This document shows, one piece after another, positions 1 through 12,900 of a stretch of 64,000 nucleotides of DNA (the stretch's first letter is position 1; the number at the start of each line of letters is the position of its first letter). The translations under genes and the position numbers were made by a program. The stretch is from Nymphaea colorata (taxonomy: Eukaryota). A model generated the notes under the pieces. It saw nothing but the letters and a program-made list of their open reading frames with translations. It had not been told where the DNA came from and did not search any database. The DNA is taken from contig NC_045138.2 in the NCBI RefSeq assembly GCF_008831285.2, positions 5,952,001 to 6,016,000 on the forward strand, read 5' to 3'.

Positions 1-3000
1 CTGCTTTTACAGAAAATGTTAACGTATCTGCTCAGCTGAAAACTATTATGGAACTTCTACAAAGTGTTTGCAAAAAAAAAAAAAAACAATTGCTATGGTG
101 GCTTCGGCAGCTAGCGCAAATACTTCAGGTATGTTTTCTACTCACTTTGATTGGGTTATTGACTCCGGAGCAAGCGAACACATGTGCACCTCAGTTATAG
201 ATCAATCAAATATTAAATGTGCACCTGGAAATGACTATGTGATTATTGCATATGGATCAAAGGTAAAAGTAGAGCTTACTAGTAATGTTCATCTTCTTGA
301 TTATGAACAAAATATTAATGTTCTAGTAGTTCCTAGTCTATCTACAAATTTATTATTCGTTTCTAGGCTCACTAAAGAATTGAACTGTGATGTTATATTC
401 TCATCACATGATGTAGTTTTTTAGGATAGATTGTCAAAGAAGATGATTGGTAAAAGAAGATTAGCTAAAGGTTTATATGTGCTGGAACAAGAAAGCAAAG
501 CTATGGTTGCTAGACTTGATAGCTCATTGTGGCACAAAAGATTAGGTCACCCTTCTAGCTACAAACTGAATTGTTTATTTTCTACATATTATTATGATTG
601 TCAAACTTGTGATGTGTGTCACTATGCTAATATGAGTAGACCTCCCTTTCCGAAGTCCGATACTAATGCTGAAAATTCCTTTGATTTGGTTCATTCTGAC
701 GTATGGGGCCCAACCCCTATGGTTTCATATTTTGGTTTTCGGTATTATGTCACATTTATAGACGATTTCTCAAACGTTACATGGATTTATTTGCTCAAAT
801 CTAAAGATGAAGTTTTCGATAAATTTCAAATGTTTTATAATATGGTAAAAAATCAAAGGAAAACAAATCAAAATATTAAGGACTGAAAATGGTACTGAAT
901 AAAAAAAATTTAAATTTGAGTTTTTTGAAAAACAATGTGGCATTGATCATCAATTCACTTGTGTGGGCACTCCTCAACAAAGCAGAGTCACCAAAAGGAA
1001 AAATCAGCATCTTCTTGAAGTTACTCATGCCTTATTATTTCAAATGAATGTCCCTAAGATTTATTGGAGTGATGCCATCATGAATGCCTATTATATTATT
1101 AACAGATTGCCTAGCAAAAATCTTCAGGATCGTGCGCCCCTTGAAATTTGAAAGGGACATAAGCTCAATTTAAATCACATGTGAACCTTTGGATGTGTCG
1201 CTTTTATTTCCGGGCAGCGACAAAACATAGACAAACTTAGTAGTTGTGCTCTTAAATGTATTTTTTTAGAGTATTCTATCTCACAAAAAGGATACCGATG
1301 CTATAGTATAGAAGAAAAACGACTTTTTATATCTAGAGATGTTGTGTTTGATGAAAACACACGTAACTTTCATCACCCAATACCAGAAAATCATATTATG
1401 AAAAAAAAAAAATTCTCTTACATCTAACGTTCTTGATGAGACTTGCCTTCAGAGGGAGATCATGCTACCAACTATGGATCCTTACAATGAGTTTACGGTC
1501 ATAAAAAGAATCCAAATTCAGCAGAAGGAATTCAAGAGGCCAATACTGAAATTGCAGCTCCAGATCATCAGAATGATACCCAAACCACTGTAGTGACTGC
1601 CAACCAAAATGTCACCCAAATCACTATGAGAATATCATAGCGACAAGCCAAGCCACATACTCGATTATCAGATTACGTCACTTATACTTCTACAAGCTAT
1701 CCTATAGAACATTATATTGAATACGAGAAGATTAACCACATGTATAGAGCATATATATTAAGAGTCTCTAATTGTTCAGAGCCAACTACATATGAAGAAG
1801 CCAAAAGAGACTCGATGTGGTTAAAAGCCATGGATGAAGAACTTAGTGTCTTACATCAAAACAAAACTTGGGATATTGTTATGCTACATCCAAAAAAAAA
1901 GGTTGTTGGGTGTCACTGGGTGTTTAAAATAAAATACAAAAGCAATGAGAGTATTGAAAGATATAAGGCCAGACTTGTCGCAAAAGGGTATACACAGACT
2001 CAAGGCTTAGATTATGAGGAGACCTTTGTGCCTGTAGCAAAAATGAATACAATAAGGGTGATATTATTAGTTACATGCAATTATAATTGGCACTTATATC
2101 AACTTGATGTTAAAAACACTTTTCTGTAACGAGATTTGAAAGAAGAAGTGTACATGAATCTTCCTCTCGGACATCCTCAAGAAGCTAACAAAAAATTGGT
2201 GTGCAAGCTTCACAAGGCAATCTATGGCTTGAAACAATTCCCAAGGGCATGGCACTACAGGTTGAGTAATTTTTTAGAAGAACATGGTTTCGTAAGAAGT
2301 AATGCTGATAACACCTTATTTATCAAACAGAAAGATGGTAATATGGTCATCGTACTTGTATATGTGGATGACATTATCGTGACAAGAACTTATGAAGAAA
2401 AGATTTTGAGAACTAAAGAACTGCTTTGCAATGTTTTAGACATAAAGGATCTGGGAAAGCTTCGTTATTTTTTAGTCACTGAAATTGCTCACTCAATCAA
2501 GGGTCTCTTGCTCTCTCAACGAAGATATACCTTAGACTTGCTTAAAGAAGTCGGAAAAATTGGTTGCAAGCCAGTAAAGACACAAACTGAAGTTGGACAA
2601 AAAATTGAAATTACTCAAGATGATCCAGTCTATAACAAGGAAGGCTACCAACTACTAGTAGGAAAACTTATATACTTGACCATTATTAGACCAGACATAA
2701 CCTATGCAGTCAGTGTAACCAGCCAGTGTATGCATGCACCCACAAAACATCATTTAAAAATTATTCATCGCATTCTGCAATACTTAAAAGGAACTTCAGG
2801 ACAAGGCATATGGTACAAAAGGAATGGTCATCATCAAATTCAAGGATCCACTGATGCAGATTGGGCAAGGAGTTCAGATAGAAAATATACAACTGGCTAT
2901 TGTGTGTTTGTTGGAGGAAATATTATATCTTGGAAAAGCAAAATACAGAGTGTTGTGTTCAGATCTAGTGCTGCAGCAGAATATCGAGCTATGGCTACAA

Positions 3001-3670
3001 CAGCTAGTGAACTTACATGGATTAAAACCCTTATATCAGAAATTGGGCTATAGGTTCATCTCCCTATGCCTTTGCACTGTGACAATCAGGCCGCTATTCA
3101 TATTTCAGCAAATTCAATTTTTCATGAAAGAACCAAACATATAAAAATAGATTGTCACTATGTTCGTGAGAAAGTACAAAAAAGCGAAATATCTACCCCC
3201 TACATCATAATTTCATAATAACTGGCCGACGGACTTACTAAGGGCATGTCTTGAGAGTTACATCCGAAAATATTGAGCAAGTGGGGATGTACGAATATCT
3301 ACACCCCACTTGAGGGGGAGTGTTGAAAATGATGGTTGCCAATTTTATCTCCCACCCATTGAATCATTAACGTTGGAGGACATTAACGTTGAGAAGAACG
3401 TTGGACGAGCGTTGGACAATGATCTCCTTTGGAAATTTACAAACTGCCACGAATAGTTTCCTTAATGACTGATGTTGCCTTGTAAGGAGCCTTTGCTCTG
3501 CTCGTTCCCCTGTTTGTTCAGTGATGGGATTGAAACATTATATTATGTATTTTTTTCTGTGCACAACACAATAAGAAAAATCACACCAGGTGTGGAGTGT
3601 TCTATCGTAGGTCTGAATGATCGAACCACTTAAAATTGTATCCTCTTCTATTTGATTTATCTTCTACACA
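1..3670 (+). mobile_element. Degenerate Ty1/copia LTR retrotransposon (pol + PPT + 3' LTR; 5' part outside window)
   Basis: ORF pieces in copia order: protease WVIDSGASEHM, GAG-pre-integrase LWHKRLGHP..CDVC, integrase [33 protein letters not shown], RNaseH TDADWA..AEYRAMA. Many stops and frameshifts. Confidence 0.95.
3311..3670 (+). repeat. Polypurine tract (3311-3320) and 3' LTR (~3321-3670)
   Basis: TGAGGGGGAG directly followed by TGTTG; U5-like GTAGG..GAACCAC; ends ..CTACACA where RING-gene homology begins. End position approximate. Confidence 0.75.
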
Positions 3671-3673
3671 TAA

Positions 3674-4432
3674 CTTCTGTGCTATATGTGGTCATGCTTT
3701 ATTCACAGCAAAGTGTTCACATGTCTTTCATTTTCACTGCATTGCTTCAAATGTGAAGCATGGGAATCAAGTATGCCCTGTTTGCCGATCAAAGTGGAAG
3801 GAGATCCCGTTTCAGGGACCTGCTGCAGAGATTGCTCGTGGCAGATCAAGAATTAATCCATTGGACTGGCCACGAGATGATGGCTGGATGACCCGTGTCC
3901 GTCGCATTCCACCTCCTTGCCCTCGTTTAGATTATGGACGCCCATTCAATGCCGTGTTTCATGCTCCTGAGCCAAATGCATACAATAATGATGAACCTTT
4001 AGATTCCCCGCTTTCTGAACTGCTCATAAGAGATCATCTCTGGAGAACACAAAAAGCGTAGCGAAAAAAGTGGAAATGAATATGTTTGTGGAGTTGCCAG
4101 CTGTTTCAGCTTCATATTGTCGTGAGAGCTTTTCTGTATTAATCCATTTAAAAGCGCCTGCTTCAAACTCAAGGGAAACCCAACAAAATCAAGGATCAGC
4201 CTTTCAATCTCATAATGACCGAGCCCCTGTCGATCTTGTTACTAACAAATGCTTGATCTAAGTGGCAGCATGGCAGGAACCAAGGTTGCTCTTCTCAAAC
4301 GTCCGATGGGTTTTGTCATTCAGAATGTTGGTCCATCTGATCGCCTTTCAGTTGTGGCATTCTCCTCTACTGCTCGACGTCTCTTCCACCTTTGTCGGAT
4401 GAGTGATTCTGGACGTCAGCAAGCTCTGCAAA
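3674..4432 (+). pseudogene. Fragment of RING-finger + von Willebrand A domain E3 ligase gene (WAV3/EDA40-related family)
   Basis: CAIC-GHALFTAKCSHVFHFHCIASNVKHGNQVCPVCRSKW and RAPVDLVT/LDLSGSMAGTKVALLKR..DRLSVVAFSSTARRLF (VWA DxSGS). Split over three frames, RING loop shortened, truncated at both ends. Confidence 0.88.
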
Positions 4433-5007
4433 AACTTTTGTACAGGAAAAAAACTCAAAACGAAAACAGGGACGCAGTGCATCGACAGCCAGAAAGCACT
4501 AAGACCATTGGAAAAAAACCAAAGCTGTTGTACCCAAAAAATTACCGCCGAAAACAGTTCCTGCTGCTTAAATTGAACATTAACCCGTATCTATCCTCCC
4601 ATCTAGAGCACCATATATTGCCACGATTGGGCCAGCTTTAAGGGGAGGGAGATCACCCTCAGTAGTAGATGACTCTCTTTTTGATTTGTGATTCCAGCCC
4701 ACCAGTGATCGAGCTTCGTTTTCCCTTTCCAGAATTTGTTTCAAAAACCTTTTCCAACACCGATTGTTAGAAATCATTATCTTCACTTGATTTGAATTCA
4801 TCGTTGCTTTTGAAAGCCAGCTACTTCATTTCAGCATAACACCAGCCTTCTCGTGCCTGGCTTACTTCATAACTGTGCTCTTGGTCCCATCAAGAATACG
4901 AAAGATTAAAGAGATGCATGAGCATATTCATACCAAGCAAAGTGTGTGAAGCCATTTACATCTATAAATGACGCACATGGATCACCATTCTCCAACATTC
5001 TCAGAAT

Positions 5008-8000
5008 TAGGCCTGGGCATCAGGCCGGGCTGGCCCGGTTTGGATTCGCCGTTAATAAAACGGGCCAGATCTGACCGGCTGTTACCTGGCCCGTTTATTG
5101 ATGGGCCGGGCCGGGTACCGGGACTCACCTTCCTAGCCTGAGGCCCGGCCCGGCCCATTTGCAATATATGATATCCGGGTCGGACGGGGCGGGTGGGGCA
5201 GGCCGGGCCTGGCCTGGCCCGGCCTGGGAACAGGTCTTTGCAGCTACTCACTTCTTATGCTTTAAGTATCTAGACATATATAATTCATGAAAATTGTTCA
5301 ATGCTTATATTTAAGAGTAACCATTATTCTGAACCTGCCAGGGAGCTCAAGAATCTCAAATAAAAAATCAGAAATAATGCTTATATTAAAGAATAACCAT
5401 GATCAGATATCACAATCACATATACTATAAGGAAACCAAGCCACACTGATGTGAGGTCTGCACGTATTTTGGATCCCACATACAATTTAAGGAACAAGTT
5501 CAGTTACAAACTTTCAGAAATGATATGCTTTCAATGCCTTCATTAATCATTCAAAGATGAAAATGAGCAGAATAAAGATGATAAAGTACAATAATTGTTT
5601 TCCTTGGACAACAAGCGATACACAGTCTGAAGCTTTTTAGTAAGAAAAGATCCCTTCAAAACTGAACACAATGATATAGTAGCCACTGAAGGCAGTAGAG
5701 CTATGCTAGACTGGGAGAGAGGAGGGGACACAATAAGCAGAAACTAAAATTTAAGTGGTCCATCAACAGAGTTTGAAAAAATCAAAGTAAACATCTTCAA
5801 AGTCCATCAACAAGCTAGAAATGTCCATATGCAAATCTGCAATTTCACTTGAAAAAGAAAATGTTAATAAGAATTCTAAGTGCTCGTCTGCAAGCATACA
5901 TGTGAGTTGAGAGAGAGAGCAACTTAAAGGTCAATTGAAATGATTACCTCATACAAGACATATTTGATGGAAGGTTCAATTTTCAGTGCCTCTTCAAGCT
6001 CAAACAAGTTCAGTTTCCACTATAGAACACATCATGCCATCAATAATCATTTAACATTAACTCTATGCAGGAGTGTGTATAAAACGCCTGAGTTTTTTCA
6101 AGTTAGTAGTGCAGCAAATTCTAAGCCATAACCATTACAAGTTTTGTGAATAAGCAACCAACATATGCACAGATGAAATGAAGTGCTAATGCATTAGCAA
6201 AAACCACACTTTCAATGAAACAAAGATAGAATCACCATTCACAAGGCAGAATTGCTTCAGTTGTATGATAATCATGCAATGGATTAACTTTCCTCATCAG
6301 AATGGCGTTCTGCATCACGAGAACTGTAACACATATTAATTTAAGTAAACTATTATGTTAATATGTAAAATAAATTAGATTGAACTTTGAACAACTTACA
6401 TTTCACACAAGTTGCTTGCATCACAAATCCAACTCTATGTGCATATTAATGATTCTACATTTTCAGGAGTAGTTGAGCATCGATAATCATTGAGAATTCT
6501 TCCTGATATACTGAATGCAGATTCTGAAGCAACTGTAGATACAGGAATAGCTAATACATCTCGAGTCGTCTTTGCTACAATTTTATATTGGTTTTCATTT
6601 GTCTTCCACCAAGATAATATGTCAAAGTCTGTAGTAGGTACAATTTCTTCCAACGGATTACTCCAATATTTGTCTAGATCTATGTGAACTGCTACAGGAG
6701 ATACAAAGCTGACATACGCTTTGAACCCACATCTAGTGATACTTTTATATTCTTCCGTTGTAATCACAGTACTAGTGGATGCATTGCTCCTTTGCATATT
6801 ACTCATGTCACTATCACCATACATATTTTTGTATTAAACATATTATTCGTGAAGTATTCTCCTCTCAATGGAAATGAAATATTGTTTTTTCTTTCTATGG
6901 CCCTTCTTAGTAAGCTTATTCCACTATCATTTGTTGAACAGTTATCAACAGTAACAGAAACAACTTCAATTGAATTTCCCACTTACTAGTAATGCACTCT
7001 AATAAAACCTCACATATAGAACTTGCATTATGTGGTGGAGGCACATATACAAAATTAAGTATATGAGAGTGCAACTGCCAATCTGTATTAATATATTGAG
7101 CTGTCAAGCACAAGTATCCTAACGTCTGTTGTGAGGTCTACATATCAAATGTCAATGAAACCCACTGCACGTGATTATTTAAAAGTCTTTGATATCTCAT
7201 TTTTTTAGTCTTGAACATTGACTAAACATCTTTTGTAAGTGTTTTTTTAGAAAATGGAACAAACCTTGGATTGCAAGCCTTTAGAAGATCATTAAGATAA
7301 TCATATTCAGCAAAACTGAAAGGAAGTCCATGCATTATCGCACACTTGGCCATACATTTTCTTATAGTCTCCATATCAAAGTCATGTAGACCTAAAGAAG
7401 TGTTACCAGATTCATTAAGTCCAAATGCCAACGTTCATTGTCTTGTTCATTGTCTTCCATCAAATAGTTCCTTTTGGGCACAATTATCTGCATGCCGTTT
7501 TAAGTGGCTTGTACCATTAGAACTTTGTGCACTAAATTGTTCACTACAATGATTGCAATTTGCATAATTTTTTTCCTGAAATTGTACTAATGTGAAGTCC
7601 TTTCATACTGCTGAAGTTCTTTTCCCCTTGGATACAACAGCCTGATCAGTATATGATAACGATTCATTCTCCTCCATATCCACCGTCGGACGATATTCTT
7701 CATTCCCACAGTGGGAAGACATATCATTCATTTTTTAATGAAATCCAAACAACCTACGCACATGAAATTGTTCAACTCTTAACTAAGAAATCATAAACCA
7801 TCAAACATGAAACATCACAAGAAACAGACTAATTCCAAACAATTTACATGGACACTACAATAGAAGTTAAATAAAAGCCAAACAAATTTCTCTCAGACTA
7901 GTTACAATAAAAACATTTATCATAATATAAGAAGCCACATTATACAAGGAAATGAATAAAAACAAATGATCCTTCAATAACAACAAAATACCTCTCATCA

Positions 8001-8530
8001 TGAATGATGAATCTAAAGAGAACCTATTTTTATAAGCAAGATTGCCTTTACACTAGACATAAATATTAAAAGCATCTTCAAATTGTTTCCCAAGCAACAT
8101 TGCCATTACACATTCCTTGAAGGCATGAAACATGAGCATAGCATCTTCAAATTGTTTCCCAATCAATATTGATGTTGAAATCATAAACTAGGGACATCCA
8201 AATGTTAACATATTCTAATAGAAAATATTCATTTGTGTTTTCAACTGAAATAAAACAAAACAGCAATAGATGGAACAAGAATAGAGGATATGAGCAACCA
8301 CTCAATTCAATGGAAGCAATATGAGCAGTAAGGAGTTCTTATCAGCAACAAACATCAGCCTCCAAGTCAACCAAACCAAGACAAAAAGCATCTATAAATA
8401 ACTAATCAAATGGCACAAAATATTTTTGACAAACTGATATATCATCAAAAGCATGTTTCTGCATCAAAATCCATAAACAAAACAGCCTCCATATTACTGA
8501 AACTGATACACAACTACATTGGACAATAGA
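5008..8530 (-). mobile_element. hAT (Ac/Tam3-type) DNA transposon, internally deleted; only one terminus visible
   Basis: TIR-like TAGGCCTGGGCA at 5008 followed by ~220 bp of GGCCC/GGGCC subterminal repeats; transposase remnants on - strand. Right boundary uncertain. Confidence 0.8.
6233..7731 (-). pseudogene. hAT transposase pseudogene (BED zinc finger + C-terminal dimerisation domain)
   Basis: BED finger (CNHC..GTSHLKRH), IMHGLPFSFAEY, MCLTAQYINTDWQL, and FDILSWWK..RDVLAIPVSTVASESAFSISGRIL. Stops, frameshifts and loss of most of the catalytic core near 6880. Confidence 0.9.
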
Positions 8531-9395
8531 TAGACAGTGACTGACTTTTGACATAATCAAACTTTATTGGCCGTTTGGCAACCATAACAAATTGTTATTG
8601 TCTCATGAACTTGTCCCAAAAATTGGAATAGTTTCATGTGAACCGAAGTTTTATATATATATATATATATATAGGGGCCACAGCCATAGAGGTACTTAAT
8701 GAACAGCACATTTCACCACTATGTGAAAATGTGTGGGATGAAATTGTTGGATTTCTGCTTCTTGCACGCAACTGGATCTAGACCATCTACCTAACTGGAA
8801 ATAATAGTTGTTTCAAAGAGAATATATTCCTACGTGCTTTGATGGTTGGGTGGAGAACACAACTCATGAATTGGAATTATCATCCGTTACTCACATCAAT
8901 CTCAATCTAGATCATCTACCTAACTCAAAATAATAATTGTTTATAAGAGAATATATTCCTAATGCTTTTGTGGTTAGGTGGAAAACACAACTCACGAATT
9001 GGAATTATCATCTGTAACTCACATCAATTCAAGTCCACCATTAAAAGCAGGCCATTGTGAATGAGTTCTAAATCGGTCTTCTTAAAGTCTCGGATTCATA
9101 TAACTAATTTGAGGGAGTCGTCTCAATGATCGAAGACCATCATGGAATATCCCTTAATTGCGTATGTGACGATATCATACGAATTGATTAACATGATGAG
9201 GGAACTTTAGTCTTGGAATCGAGCTTATCTTCAATTCTTTATTAATCGTGACAATGAAACCACTAGGCATGAACGAGGTAGACAGAGCTCTTACAGGCGA
9301 GAGATGGAGAATGTTTTAGAAGAATTAAGCTGCAAAAGTTTGAGGTTAAAAGTAACAACCAAAAAATTAAATTATTTGCGAGGGAAGGGCAACTA

Positions 9396-11030
9396 CTTTC
9401 CTTGGGTTTCTTACTAATTAAGTTGATTAGTTCAACATCAAGTGTTTAAAGGCCATTTCAAGAATGAGTGTTGTTGAAACTTACTTGTATGGTGAAAGGA
9501 GAGATAAAAGAATGAATCATATTTTGGTTAGGTACGTTGAGAAGAGAATACTTTACGGTATCAGCGATGAAGCGATTATCAATTGCTTTGAGAACACGAA
9601 AAGTAGACAATATTGATGATAGAACTTTATATTTTTTTAATAGTTTGATTTACGCAAGTCATGTCTAACTTATAAATTTTTTTAATTACAATTACATTTA
9701 CATTAACAAAATGAGTGTAGAGAATTTACAAAAGATAGGAATGGGCCTCGCTCCAGGTGATAGGTAATTGGCCTGGCTAACTATTTGGATCTAGTTCATA
9801 TCCAAATCCAAGTCACAGACCCTTTTCAGGCCCAAGGATCGAGACATCATGGTAATTTCCAAACCACTAATTTTCAGTTGAAAATCCTCAAAAACACCCT
9901 TAAATGTTCCCAAGATATTGTTGAATTTCCCAAATGCACTTGATTTTGTCAAAATATCTTTTAATCTTCCAAAAAGCCTCATTTTCTTAAAAAAAAATCC
10001 TAAATTGCAAACTGCTTTATTTCTATGCAATTAATACAATTTGTAGTTTGTGTCTACTCCTGCCTACGCCTTAAAACGTTCCTACGGACGGAAACCCCCA
10101 CCTGCCCCGTCCTCTTCTTCTTTATAAGAGGCCATTCGTCCCACTCATAGGCACCTTTGTCAATCTACAAGCAAGAAGCTAAGCATAAAGGAAGAGAGAC
10201 AGACATACACATCATGCTTCTTTCCAGATTCAAGTTTGTTGAAGCCTGAGTTGGTTCTGTACCAACAGTCTAGACGTGATCCACTGCAACTTACAGAGAT
10301 CGTAGAGTTCTTTCTATTGGGGGTAAGTCTAAGCATTTTTTCTTTTCCTGTTTTTATTATAAGACTTGGTGTTCATGATATTTTTTTAAGCTTTCTCTTT
10401 TTTGCTCTCGTTGCTGTTAATTTGTCTTTCCTTTGTGATCGATTTTTTATTTCATAATCTAAGAACTGTTTCATGATCCGCCTTGATCTTGTCTGCGTAA
10501 CTGGTGCACTGTTAACTGTATGTACTTTCTTCCTTTGCTCCATTCCAGAGACAAAAGTTAAGATGGTATTCGGTATTCCTTTTACATCTCCGCATAGTAT
10601 TAGAGAAAAAAGTAAGATGGTATTCCTTTTCTCATCTCCGCTTTATTATTTGATGAATCGATGTGCGTGATGGGGACATTCATCTCCATATAGTATTAGA
10701 GAAAATGGTTGAGCATCCTTTTGAAGCCGCCGATCCTAGACAAGAAAAGGAAACAGAAATCCGTCCTCCGACGGACTGCACAAGAGACGGAATCGATCTT
10801 TTTAGCACTTGTTTCGTCGGAAAGCAATACCAACCCAGGTTGGCAATTGATAATCGCTTCATCGCTTCTTTTATCAATGTAGCTAATCAAAAATATCACT
10901 CATTCATTTATCTCTCCTTTCACCATACAAGTGAGTTTCAACAACTTTTATTCTTGAAATGGCCTTTAAATATTTGATGTTGAACTAATAAAGTCAACGC
11001 TAACTTAGTTAGTAAGAAACCCAAGGAAAG
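9396..11030. repeat. Segment bounded by ~190-bp imperfect inverted repeats (9396-9586 / 10843-11030)
   Basis: TTGGGTTTCTTACTAA..GCGATGAAGCGATTATCAATTGC is the reverse complement of GCAATTGATAATCGCTTCATCGC..TTAGTAAGAAACCCAAGGAAAG. Confidence 0.75.
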
Positions 11031-11179
11031 ATGAGAACTCCACATCCATTTGTACATCCGCATTGAAGCTTGAGAGTGTTTGATGATGAGACCAAAATTG
11101 TGGAATTTTAAAATTAGATTTTCATTTTCATGATATGAGAACTATGTTATACAACAAAAGATTTAATTCCAGAATTGTG

Positions 11180-11341
11180 GACCCCACTCTTACAACTTGA
11201 TCTTTTTGAGAGGAGGGCGACCCAAGACTACAAGTCGATGGCAATTGTTGGCTGCCTCCAGTTTTATTATTAGTTCTTGCTCTGCCTTTCTTTCCCTCCT
11301 TTTAAAAATTGCTTCCCTTCCTTTGTTCTTCAATCTAGTGA
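11180..11341 (+). promoter_or_regulatory. Orphan NLR proximal promoter/5'UTR copy with no CDS behind it
   Basis: Matches 26142-26235 and the NLR3 leader 48511-48575; ends CAATCTAGTGA just short of where the ATG would be. Confidence 0.75.
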
Positions 11342-11779
11342 ATATATATATTGTTAATGTGATACAAGGGAACTTGCAATAATCAATAATCTTCACATTA
11401 TTGGTTTTCCACAATTTTCTTGGAAGAAAAGAAAGGCGCGACTGGCATTTGCAGTATTGGCAAAATGATTGGTTTAAATAAAAACTCAAATCAGTAGGTA
11501 TATGCCAACTACTGCACATTGGATCATGAAATTACATACCAAATATAGTTTTCATCTTAAAAAAAACATTGATTGTTCCAATACTCATGAATATATGCAA
11601 TGATATCACATCAAATACGTTCTCACATATGGGGAAACAAGAGGATGATGACTTGTCGCCGGGCTTTCCTCCTCTTTCTCATGCCTCTTGGGTCCATGGT
11701 TATGTCCAACCCTTATATCTCCATGGTAACACCAAAAAAGTATTTTGAAAATTATTGGGCTTCAATTTTTCTATATAGG

Positions 11780-12110
11780 TGAGAAAGGAACTTAAAGCAT
11801 TAAGAGCCTAAGCTAAGTCTTCAAGACTTCATAATAGAGGATTCTTGTTTTCAAAAACTCTTTTAAAAACATGATTCCAAATATTTTTATACATGAACAT
11901 AAAATCATGACTGTTTGTTACAAAAATATACATTTCTTTCACCATTGAGTATCGAATAAAAATCAAGCAACGTAATAAAGCACTCATTGGAGTTGCTAAT
12001 CTGGTGATTAAGAGAGAAACTAAACGTGGGGATGGTATAAAGATGCATTTTAGTAAGTACATATTTGTGAAGGGCTTTCTCAGGTACGACAAATTCCAAC
12101 CTAAAAAATC
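11780..12110. repeat. Dispersed repeat, inverted copy at ~59400-59690; probable LTR-retrotransposon fragment
   Basis: GCAACGTAATAAAGCACTCATTGGAGTTGCTAATC..GAGAAACTAAACGTG vs CACGTTTAGTTTTTCTC..GAACTCCAATGAGTGCCTTGTTACGTTGC. LTR origin is inference. Confidence 0.55.
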
Positions 12111-12329
12111 AACATAACAATAAAAATATCACAACCCAAACACTCATTCTTGTCATGCATTTGCTCATTAATTAAGAAAAATAAATACATCATGCATATG
12201 CTTCATCTCAAGCATAAACAATTAATAAAATTCTCATTCAATTTGATGGTCAACTCTATTTGGGACTCACTTGGATTTAATTCCGGACTTTCCACCCAAG
12301 CCCAACCCCAATATAAACTTATTACACAA

Positions 12330-12900
12330 TCCATATCCAAATTCAGATATAGATCCAGTCCAAAAACTCATATAGTGAGCCATAACAAAAGCCCTAGATG
12401 TACTTCTAGATCCAAATCCCAGCCATAGATCCAAAGTAGATCCCTCGATAAGGTTTCATATCCAAATTCTAGCTTTAGGATCCAAATCAAACCCTTAGAT
12501 CCAAAATAGAGCCCAGGTCCAAATCAGACTTCCATTTCCAAACTCAGATCCAAAATATACTTTCAAATTTGAATCAAGATCCAAATCCAACTTCAAACCC
12601 ACGCCAATTATCAGATTTGGCTGCAATTTAGAGCCGATCTAGATATAAGATCCAAAATCTATATCCATATTCTTGTCCGGATTCAAACCCTCGGTCTGGA
12701 TCCAAATTTAGATCCAACTCCATATTTTTTACTCAATCCAGATCCAAATATGAAATTAACATCCAAATCTGCAATTCCATATCCGAATCTGAGATTCAAG
12801 TCCAAAACTCTGATTCTAGATCAATTCAGAGACTTCGATACAGATCTAGTCCAGATCTGAACTTTAGGTGCATTTATAGACCCATATCCATTGCTTGTAT
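12330..12900. repeat. Degenerate (A)GATCCAAATC-type short-motif array, resembling subterminal repeats of non-autonomous DNA transposons
   Basis: Dense ATCCAAA/AGATCC motifs; related arrays at ~36250-36400, 51825-52175 and 61590-61790. Confidence 0.5.

Noticed and set aside
4433..5007. Possible LINE 3' end on the minus strand
   Set aside because: No convincing protein motif or poly(A)/TSD could be established by eye.
4982..5251. Pro/Gly/Arg-rich ORF
   Set aside because: Translation of hAT subterminal GGCCC repeats.
9791..10030. Recurrent ORF MRLFG..DLDLDMN (also 12950, 25750)
   Set aside because: Lies in a locally repeated non-coding block; frame is not conserved among copies.
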